Below, piece by piece: positions 18,862 to 26,059 of a DNA stretch of 64,000 nt (position 1 is its first letter; each line of letters begins with the position of its first letter). The notes under the pieces are model-generated. The model was not told the DNA's origin. It did not search any database and saw only the letters and a list, made by a program, of their open reading frames with translations. A program made the translations under genes and the position numbers. Origin of the DNA: Dehalococcoidia bacterium (GTDB lineage Bacteria > Chloroflexota > Dehalococcoidia > Lucifugimonadales > CATOSD01); the NCBI GenBank assembly GCA_965203135.1, contig CBDBBO010000002.1, forward strand, positions 641,529 to 705,528, written 5' to 3'.

Positions 18862-20184
18862 CTAACCGGTGGAGTCGCTGAGTCCATCCTGCAGAGCATA
18901 AGCTTCGTCCAGCAGGTCCGTCACGTACACCGTCCTCGCCGTCAGGCCCTCACGCCTCGCGCCGTACTGAAGCTGCATCACGCAGCCTGGATTCGCCGTC
19001 GCCACCACGTCCGCTCTCGTCTCACGCACAGCGGTCATCTTCGTCGCCAGCACTCGCAGCGACGACTCCCGTTCCGTGATGGTGTAGGTGCCGCCCGCGC
19101 CGCAACACTTCGAGGCGTTGGGCAGTTCCACGAACTCCACGCCCGGAATCGACCGCAGTAGCAGCCTGGGCTGGTCCGTGACACGCTGCGTGTTCGCCAG
19201 GTGGCACGAGTCCTGGTAAGTGACGCGGTAGTCCAGGCTTGCGGTCGGCGGCTCGAACGGAAGCTCCACCAGGAACTCGTGGATGTCCTTTACCATCATG
19301 CTCAGCCGCTCCGCTTTCGCCGCGTAGCCTTGGTCGCGTCGAAGCAAGTGGCCATACTCCTTCATGCGCGTCCCACATCCAGCGGAAGCCACTACCACCG
19401 CGTCGACGCCGGCGTCCAGAAACTCGTCGACGTTGCGGCGCGCCAGTTTTCGCGCCGCATCCAGGTCGCCAACGTGCGAGCTTATCGCGCCGCAGCACAC
19501 CTGCCCACGTGGCACCACGACGTCGCAGCCGTTGCGGGTCAGCACCCGCACCACCGCCGACATCTGCGGCCCGTTCACCATAGGCATGACGCATCCGGAC
19601 AGAAGCGCAACTGTGGCGCGGCGCTGTCCCTGCGCCGGAATGACCTGACCCTCCGCCTCAAAGCGAGCGCCCTCGATAGCCGGCAGAGAGCTCTCAAGCT
19701 CGGCAAGGTTGCCCGGCAGCAGCCTCAGCGCGCGGCTCTTCCTCATCAGCGACTGCAGGCCGGACCGTTGGTAGACTCTCAACGCCCGCACGACGAGGCC
19801 GAGCCTACGGTGATTCTCCATCACCGCCGGCACCATCCTCGACAGCATCCCACTCTTTCGCCCGCGCTCCACCTGGCTCATGGTCGACTCGATGAGATGC
19901 CCGTAGTTGACTCCGGACGGGCAGGCGACCTCGCAGGCGCGGCACTGTATGCACATGTCCCAGTGACGCACCACTCCGGGCGTGATGCCGATTCTCCCCT
20001 CGTTGACCGCCTTCATCAGCGCGATCCGCCCGCGCGGTGACTCCGTTTCCAGCCCGGTCTCGACGTAAGTTGGGCACGCCTGCAGGCAAAAGCCGCAGTG
20101 CACGCACTTGTACAGCTCGTCCTCGTCCGGCGCGTCCGGTCCCGCGAACGACAACCCCAGCGTAAAGTTCCCGTTATCCGTCAT
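18862..20184 (-). CDS. glcF: Glycolate oxidase iron-sulfur subunit
   Basis: Two ferredoxin-type motifs (CVHCGFCLQACP, CIQCRACEVACP) and two CCG domains (CCGA...). Confidence 0.85.
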   Translation of the reverse strand: MTDNGNFTLGLSFAGPDAPDEDELYKCVHCGFCLQACPTYVETGLETESPRGRIALMKAVNEGRIGITPGVVRHWDMCIQCRACEVACPSGVNYGHLIESTMSQVERGRKSGMLSRMVPAVMENHRRLGLVVRALRVYQRSGLQSLMRKSRALRLLPGNLAELESSLPAIEGARFEAEGQVIPAQGQRRATVALLSGCVMPMVNGPQMSAVVRVLTRNGCDVVVPRGQVCCGAISSHVGDLDAARKLARRNVDEFLDAGVDAVVVASAGCGTRMKEYGHLLRRDQGYAAKAERLSMMVKDIHEFLVELPFEPPTASLDYRVTYQDSCHLANTQRVTDQPRLLLRSIPGVEFVELPNASKCCGAGGTYTITERESSLRVLATKMTAVRETRADVVATANPGCVMQLQYGARREGLTARTVYVTDLLDEAYALQDGLSDSTG

Positions 20185-21497
20185 CAGATACCGCCGGCGA
20201 ACCTGCCCGGGTTCAGAATGGAACCGGGGTCGTACTGCTCTTTCATGCGCCGCATCACGTCAAGCGACTCGCCCACATCGTCCCACACGTCCATCACGGA
20301 CTTAACGTCTGGCGGGCAGCGCTCGATCACCAGCCGCCCGCCCATTTCGCGTACCAGCGCGCGCGCGCCGGACACGGACTCCAGGACGCTCTCGTCTGAT
20401 TGAACCTCCTCGTCGTCGAACCAGAACAGTGAGATGCCACCATAACCCGGCTGCGCGATGACAGCCGGCGCTGCGGACGCGCCCTGTCCAGTCGCTACCA
20501 GATTCTCGAGCAAGGGTGCCACCGCCGTTGGGAGTATGGATGCGCGCGCCGCCGCCAGCGGCTCCGTCTCCTCACCCCATCCGAAATCCGCCAACCTGCG
20601 CCAAAGCGAGGCCGCGGCGTCCCCATCGACTGTGTCGACCTCCGCCGCGCCGGCCTCCCGGCACATCTCCGCACAGTCCCGGAGCTGGCGCTCCAGCGAG
20701 CGCGGCCGTCCGCCCAGCCTCACGGCGGTCACGAAGTCCGCGTTCGCGTCCAGAGCCCCCGACCGCTGGCTGACTGACCCGTCGAACGCCGCGAGCGAAA
20801 GCGGAGTCGCATGGCTGTGATAAATGCTCATGCCGGCTTCCAGGCAATGCGCCATGCTTCGGAAGGACGCAACGAGAGTTCGCTCCTGGCGCGGCAGCGG
20901 CGTTAGCTTGAAAGACAGCTCGCCGATTACGCCCAGTGTGCCAAGCCCCCCGAGGTGAAGCCGGGCCATGTCGTAGCCGCTCACGTTCTTAACGACCTCG
21001 CCGCCGCTCTTCACGACCGCCCCACTCGCCATCGCCACCTTCATGCCGATAACCAGGTCCCGCGCGTTTCCGTACTGCCAGCGAAGCAGCCCGGACGCGC
21101 CCGACGCCAGGGTGCCGCCGATAGTGGCTCGACCAGGAAGAGGCGGGTCCAGCGCCAGGAACTGGCCGTGGGGCGCGAGCGTCGCCTGTATTGCTTCAAG
21201 AGTGATGCCGGCCTCTACGGTGAGAGTCAGGTCGCCCGGGTTGTGGGCGACGATCCCGTTCATGCCGCTCAGGTCCACCACCGTGTCGAGCCGCCGGATC
21301 GGATTGCCCAGGGTCATGCGAGTGCCGCCGCCCCGGGGCGCTGTGGCCAGCGACTGGCTGCTGAGATAGGCCAGGAGAGATCCGAGCTCTCGGATGTCCT
21401 CCGGGCGGAGCAGAGTCTCCGGGCGCAGGCCGTCGATGTCGTAGGCGTCGGAACCGGGCGGCACCCTCTCGAACGCCTGCGTGTGAATGCCGGACAT
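20184..21497 (-). CDS. glcE: Glycolate oxidase FAD-binding subunit
   Basis: FAD PCMH-type domain (PRGGGTRMTLGNP, GDLTLTVEAGITL). Positioned between glcD and glcF, with start/stop overlap to glcF. Confidence 0.8.
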   Translation of the reverse strand: MSGIHTQAFERVPPGSDAYDIDGLRPETLLRPEDIRELGSLLAYLSSQSLATAPRGGGTRMTLGNPIRRLDTVVDLSGMNGIVAHNPGDLTLTVEAGITLEAIQATLAPHGQFLALDPPLPGRATIGGTLASGASGLLRWQYGNARDLVIGMKVAMASGAVVKSGGEVVKNVSGYDMARLHLGGLGTLGVIGELSFKLTPLPRQERTLVASFRSMAHCLEAGMSIYHSHATPLSLAAFDGSVSQRSGALDANADFVTAVRLGGRPRSLERQLRDCAEMCREAGAAEVDTVDGDAAASLWRRLADFGWGEETEPLAAARASILPTAVAPLLENLVATGQGASAAPAVIAQPGYGGISLFWFDDEEVQSDESVLESVSGARALVREMGGRLVIERCPPDVKSVMDVWDDVGESLDVMRRMKEQYDPGSILNPGRFAGGI

Positions 21498-21517
21498 GCC
21501 CGGAGCCGCCCGGCCGC

Positions 21518-22963
21518 CTATATCCAGGCGTCCGCGCCGGCCCTCGCGATCGCAGCCGAGCGTGACAGGTCGGCGCAGGATGCTCCGGTGGGGAATATCT
21601 TGGCCGGATTGAACATGTCGTTGGTAGCAAAGGCGGGCTTCAGCCGCGCCATGGCGTCCATATCGTCGTCGGTGAACATCAGGGGCATGTACTCCTGCTT
21701 CTCCAGCCCGATTCCGTGTTCACCCGACAGCACCCCTCCCGCCTCAACACACACCCGCAGAATCTCGCCGCCCACGTCCAGCACACGCTGGGTCTCGCCC
21801 GGCTTGCGCTCGTCGAACAGCACCGACGGGTGAAGGTTGCCATCTCCCGCGTGGAGCAGGTTCGCGATTGGGAATCCCGACTCTGCGGACAGCTCTCGCA
21901 CTCTTCCCAGTACCTCGACGAGCTTGGTGCGTGGCACCGTGCCGTCGACTAGGTAGTAGTTGGGCGCCAGTCTCCCCAGCGCGCCGAGCACGCCCTTGCG
22001 TCCCGACCATAGGCGCTCGCGGTCGGCGGCGTCCGTCGCCGTGCGTATCTCCATCGGGCCGTAGCGAAGGCAGACCTCCTCTATCTCTTGAGCCTCCTCC
22101 TCAACCGATTCGAGCAAGCCGTCGACCTCCACCAACAGCACCGCCCCGGCGTCGGCGGGATAACCCGCGTGCACCGCCTCCTCTGCAGCCTGGATGCACA
22201 GGTCGTCCATCATCTCGATGGCCGCCGGCACGATTCCCGCCCCGATGATTCCCGACACCGCCGCGCTCGCGTCGTCGAGCTGTTTGAACACCGCAAGAAG
22301 CGTCTTCACCGCCTCAGGCTGGCGCAGCAGCCGCACCGCGACCTTCGTCACCACCCCCAGTGTTCCCTCCGACCCGATGAGCACGCCGCGCAGGTCGTAA
22401 CCCGGGTTCTCGCGCGTCTTTCCTCCCATCCATACTACCGATCCATCCGCCAGCACGACCTCCATGCCGAGCACGTGATTGGTGGTTACACCGTAGGCCA
22501 GGCAGTGCGGACCGCCGGAGTTCTCGGCCACGTTGCCGCCGATGGTGCATGCGCGCTGGCTGGAAGGGTCCGGGGCGTAGTAAAGGCCGTGCTTGGAGAC
22601 GGCGGTTGTGAGTTCCAGGTTGACGAGACCCGGCTCCACGATGGCGACCCGGTTGTCGACGTCCACTTCCAGGATGCGCGTCATCCGGGTCAGCGCGAGC
22701 ACGATGCCGCCGGTTTCTGCGATCGCTCCCCCGCTCAGCCCGGTGCCCGCTCCCCTGGGGATGACGGGCAATCCGTGGCTGGCGGCCAGCTTGACGACGC
22801 TCGAAATCTCGTCCACTGTCGAAGGGATTACGACAGCCAGCGGCATCGCCCTGTCCACCGAGCCGTCATACTCGAAAACGATGAGATCTTCCGGCGTGTG
22901 GATGACGTACTGATCGCCCACGACCGCCTTCAGTTCGTCTATAAGCGATTGGCCGTCTGGCAT
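21518..22963 (-). CDS. glcD: Glycolate oxidase subunit GlcD (FAD-linked oxidase)
   Basis: VIPRGAGTGLSGGA, GGNVAENSGGPHCL, HAGDGNLHP. Start moved to ATG 22963 (GGGGAGG RBS), because the upstream part of the ORF runs through a REP and the MITE. Confidence 0.85.
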   Translation of the reverse strand: MPDGQSLIDELKAVVGDQYVIHTPEDLIVFEYDGSVDRAMPLAVVIPSTVDEISSVVKLAASHGLPVIPRGAGTGLSGGAIAETGGIVLALTRMTRILEVDVDNRVAIVEPGLVNLELTTAVSKHGLYYAPDPSSQRACTIGGNVAENSGGPHCLAYGVTTNHVLGMEVVLADGSVVWMGGKTRENPGYDLRGVLIGSEGTLGVVTKVAVRLLRQPEAVKTLLAVFKQLDDASAAVSGIIGAGIVPAAIEMMDDLCIQAAEEAVHAGYPADAGAVLLVEVDGLLESVEEEAQEIEEVCLRYGPMEIRTATDAADRERLWSGRKGVLGALGRLAPNYYLVDGTVPRTKLVEVLGRVRELSAESGFPIANLLHAGDGNLHPSVLFDERKPGETQRVLDVGGEILRVCVEAGGVLSGEHGIGLEKQEYMPLMFTDDDMDAMARLKPAFATNDMFNPAKIFPTGASCADLSRSAAIARAGADAWI

Positions 22964-23003
22964 TGTGCCTCCCCGCTCTATGGTGCCCTCTCGCGGTGGA
23001 CGT

Positions 23004-23032
23004 ATGATAGTTGATTGGCGTAACTGCCGCAA
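23004..23032 (-). promoter_or_regulatory. sigma70-like promoter of glcDEF
   Basis: Minus strand reads TTGCGG (23032..23027), 17 nt, TATCAT (23009..23004). Confidence 0.35.
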
Positions 23033-23083
23033 TACGAACCTGAGCCACGAGCAGGGTGTCTTCAGAGTCCCTTCCCCCTTGAC

Positions 23084-23281
23084 ACGTGTGATGCAAATTA
23101 GACTTGTGGAACTACCACACAAGAAGCAGGCTGATGTGGATAACCGAGTTTGATGGCCCTTTTTTGAGGTTTAGGCACCATCTTAGACTCAGCACAGCCC
23201 TAGCACCCGCCAAGTTGGCGGCTTTTGGCCCGAAAACCGCCCTAAACAGGCATATCGGCCACTTTAATATGCATCACGCGT
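23084..23281 (+). mobile_element. 198-bp MITE, copy 1
   Basis: TIRs ACGTGTGATGCAAATTA (23084..23100) and TAATATGCATCACGCGT (23265..23281). 5-bp TSD TTGAC at 23079..23083 and 23282..23286. 195/198 identical to the inverted copy at 47014..47211. Confidence 0.85.
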
Positions 23282-23336
23282 TTGACGGGGGAAGGCTAGG
23301 ATGGGGGTGACAACACGGTCACAGCACCTTGTTATA

Positions 23337-23371
23337 CCTTCCCCCTGTGAGGGGGAAGGTTAGGATTGGGG
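23337..23371 (+). repeat. REP-like hairpin type 1
   Basis: CCTTCCCCC-TGTGA-GGGGGAAGG followed by TTAGGATTGGGG. Confidence 0.6.
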
Positions 23372-23550
23372 CCCAGATCCACCGCCTAACTGATGATGCG
23401 GTTGAGTTTCGTAGTTAAATTGGTCATTTTCGGCAGATCATCTTTCACCTGCTGGGGTGAAGGTAACTGCCCATCTTCAAGCCTGAATTAGCTACAGAAT
23501 CAGACGTTGGGTTCGGTTTAGGTGGTGGATTTGGGTGGGGGGTAGGGCTC

Positions 23551-23579
23551 TTGACGTCTCAGCACATCCGTGCTACGCT
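23551..23579 (+). promoter_or_regulatory. sigma70-like promoter related to the module core
   Basis: TTGACG (23551..23556), 17 nt ending in ACATCCGTGC, TACGCT (23574..23579). The spacer shares ACATCCGTGCTA with copy A. Confidence 0.4.
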
Positions 23580-23850
23580 CCCTTCATCACAACCGGCCAC
23601 TGACCACCGGTCACCAGCCATCAACGTAACAACCGTGACAACAATCCGTCAGATAAATTCCCGACCAACCCAAATCCGTTCCATACGCAGCCTGAAATGC
23701 CGACCGCCCAGCTACGAAATCGGAGGTGATAAAACAAAAGAAACGAAACGGGACACTTTTTTCTAGCTTGTTTGTCCCACCCGGCAGTTTGGCCACTGCC
23801 TCTGCCCGGATGCTACTCCGCTTGGTAGCCCGTCACCTGTCCACTTCTTG

Positions 23851-23890
23851 TCCCTTCCCCCTCTCAGGGGGAAGGTTAGGATGGGGGTGA
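23851..23890 (+). repeat. REP-like hairpin type 1 (reference intact copy)
   Basis: TCCCTTCCCCC-TCTCA-GGGGGAAGG-TTAGGATGGGGGTGAC. Confidence 0.65.
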
Positions 23891-24090
23891 CGTCAGCGAA
23901 AAGCCGTCCGGGACCCGTACCGCGCACGCCGCCAGGCCGGCGCGGAGTTCCGGTCCCGGTTCCGCATCACCTTGCCGACGGCGTCCCCGGCCCAATCACG
24001 CGGCAGCAGGTCGAGAGGTGCTGCGCGGCCTGTCTTTCGTGGCCGCCGCGCAAGCCAGTCCCGGCCCTGCCGCGCCGCCACTACCGCTTG

Positions 24091-24130
24091 TCCCCTCTCC
24101 CTTGATGGGAGAGGGCTAGGGTGAGGGTGA
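24091..24130 (+). repeat. REP-like hairpin type 1 (variant stem)
   Basis: TCCCCTCTCCC-TTGAT-GGGAGAGGG-CTAGGGTGAGGGTGAC. Confidence 0.6.
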
Positions 24131-24295
24131 CGCTCACCCGCGAGCCTTTAACAACTCAATCGGCATGCCAGCCATGTGTTGAATGATCGTGCACTGTCCA
24201 GGTCGATACAGGTCCTGAGCTACCACGCGAATCGCTTTGTGTTATCTTTTGGGCTGCCGCGCGGTGTTGCAGTCATCATGTAGGCGGAGGCCGAC

Positions 24296-26059
24296 TTGGC
24301 AACTTCCTCTACTCAGAATCCACGCTATGAGGTGGACGAAAGTCCGACTTGGCTCGCCTCCGTTGGCTACGGCGCGCAGTTCAGCCTCATCGCTTCGGCA
24401 ACGCTGCTGGTCACGCCTGTAATCGTAGCGCAGGCCGCCGGAGAAGACCCGGCCTATCTGACCTGGATGGTATTCGCGTCGCTGTTTGTGATAGGCGTGT
24501 GCACAATCATCCAGGCGAGGGCGATTGGGGTGGTCGGCGCCGGAGCGCTGGCCCCCATGTTCACCGCCGCGTTCTCCATCCCCTTCTGCATCACCGCCGT
24601 ACAGGATGGCGGACCCATTCTGCTCTCTTCGCTCGTACTGGTAACGGCGGCGACCCAGTTGGTCATCGCCAAGTGGCTCTTTATACTGCGCAGGATCGTC
24701 ACGCCGATTGTCGGAGGCACGGTAATGATGATCCTGTCCATTACGCTCGCGTCGGTGGTGTTCGACCTGCTTGACACGGCGTCCCTGGCGAACCCCAAAG
24801 AGGCCACCTCCACCGCGTTCGTAACCCTGCTGGTCGTTGCCGCGCTGTCGTTGCGCGGGTCCAACGTGCTGCGTCTGTGGGGGCCGGTGGCAGGCATAGT
24901 GGCCGGCTGCGTTTGGGCCGCTGTTGTCGGCATCTACGATCCGACCATTGTTATCGACGCCGCCTGGGTGGGGCTCCCGCGTGAGTGGCCCGGCCTCGAT
25001 TTCGAGTTTGGCTTCCACTTCTGGACGCTTCTGCCTTCGTTCATCTTTCTTGGCCTGATAATCTCCATCCAGACCAACGGGGCCGCCATCAACCTGCAAC
25101 GCGCCTCCAAGCGCACCGCCCAGGCCGTCGACTTCCGCAAAGTGCAGGGCTCCATGGCGGGCAGCGGCGTTACCAACCTGCTGGCCGGGTTGTTCGGAGC
25201 CGTACCGAACATAATCAACCCAGGAGTAGGATCGTTCATTCAAACAACCGGGGTCGCCTCCCGAAGAGTAGGTTACTGTATCGGCCTCATCTTCATAGCC
25301 GTAGCCCTGGTGCCGAAGCTGTCGGGACTCTTCAGCACCATCCCCGGCCCCGTGATGACCGGCTATCTGCTCATCGTCACAGGTACGCTCTTCGTCGAAG
25401 GCGCCCGCACGGTGATTCAGGGAGAGTCGGACCCGCAGAAGCTGATAGCCGCGGGAATGTGCTTCTGGATCGGTGCCGCGTTCCAGTTCGGACTCTTCCA
25501 CCTGCCCGACCTCGGTCCTGTGTGGGCAGCCCTCTTCAAGAGCGGAATAACCACCGGTGGGCTGGCCGCGGTGGCGATGATACTCTACCTCGAGTTCACC
25601 AACCCTCGCAGAATGCGCTTTCATTCCAGGCTCGACATCGACGCATTACCGGAGCTCAACGAATTCCTGGCCCGCTTCGCCGCTCGCAGGGGGTGGGACG
25701 AGAGGATGAAGGAACGCCTGAGCCAGGTCGCGGAGGAGACTCTGCTGATCTTGGCCTCGCTCGATCTGGACCGTCTGGACGCGCCGGACGACCTAGACGG
25801 ATCGGACGACTCCGAGGCCGAGCGCAGGCTCATTGTCGTGGCGTCAAGCGACCCGGACGGGGCCGACCTGGAATTCATCGGCAGCGGCGGCGACGCGAAC
25901 ATCGAAGACCAGGTGCGCCAGCTACAGCAGCACGACTCCGAGCCACCGGAAGAAAACGAGATGTCCCTTCGCCTGCTGCGAGGCCTGTCCTCGTCGGTGC
26001 GCCACCACCAGTATCACGACACCGACGTCATTACCGTGCGGGTCACGCCGCCGGTCTAA
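24296..26059 (+). CDS. NCS2-family (xanthine/uracil/vitamin C type) permease with extra ~149-aa C-terminal cytoplasmic domain
   Basis: About 12-14 TM segments with an NCS2-like pattern (GAQFSLIA..., TPIVGGTVMMILSITLA, FGAVPNIINPGVGSFIQTTGVASR). The C-terminal tail 25610..26056 is soluble and acidic. Confidence 0.7.
   Translation: MATSSTQNPRYEVDESPTWLASVGYGAQFSLIASATLLVTPVIVAQAAGEDPAYLTWMVFASLFVIGVCTIIQARAIGVVGAGALAPMFTAAFSIPFCITAVQDGGPILLSSLVLVTAATQLVIAKWLFILRRIVTPIVGGTVMMILSITLASVVFDLLDTASLANPKEATSTAFVTLLVVAALSLRGSNVLRLWGPVAGIVAGCVWAAVVGIYDPTIVIDAAWVGLPREWPGLDFEFGFHFWTLLPSFIFLGLIISIQTNGAAINLQRASKRTAQAVDFRKVQGSMAGSGVTNLLAGLFGAVPNIINPGVGSFIQTTGVASRRVGYCIGLIFIAVALVPKLSGLFSTIPGPVMTGYLLIVTGTLFVEGARTVIQGESDPQKLIAAGMCFWIGAAFQFGLFHLPDLGPVWAALFKSGITTGGLAAVAMILYLEFTNPRRMRFHSRLDIDALPELNEFLARFAARRGWDERMKERLSQVAEETLLILASLDLDRLDAPDDLDGSDDSEAERRLIVVASSDPDGADLEFIGSGGDANIEDQVRQLQQHDSEPPEENEMSLRLLRGLSSSVRHHQYHDTDVITVRVTPPV

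Noticed and set aside
23104-23310. 68-aa ORF inside the MITE, also at 46982..47191. The two substitutions inside it (CAT to CAC, AGA to CGA) are both synonymous in this frame.
   Set aside because: Two changes are too few for a selection argument. The ORF has no stop inside the element and so ends differently in each copy. It starts at TTG without an RBS, and the peptide has no recognisable features. It remains worth a glance if more copies are found.
23373-23534. 17-nt inverted repeat CCAGATCCACCGCCTAA / TTAGGTGGTGGATTTGG (15/17) enclosing 128 bp; looked like a second small MITE.
   Set aside because: My estimate is that about one such 15/17 match within 200 bp is expected by chance in 64 kb. 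There is no second copy, no TSD and no internal complementarity.
23893-24081. Minus-strand ORF between two REP hairpins (…GRAAPLDLLPRDWAGDAVGKVMRNRDR…), considered as a remnant of a REP-associated tyrosine transposase (RAYT).
   Set aside because: It has only a vague resemblance to the RAYT N-terminus and no HUH or Tyr motifs. The flanking REPs are in direct rather than inverted orientation.
23287-24130. Cluster of four similar GC hairpins in 850 bp, considered as a possible CRISPR-like array.
   Set aside because: The spacing is irregular (about 25, 480 and 200 bp). The repeats are imperfect hairpins with a conserved tail rather than identical direct repeats, the same family is dispersed across the window, and there are no cas genes.
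24130-24295. Looked for a purine/guanine riboswitch directly upstream of the NCS2 permease.
   Set aside because: I could not find the conserved P1/J1-2/J2-3 core (UAUA...UUUCUACC...CCGUAAAU-type) by eye. A covariance-model scan would be needed to be sure.
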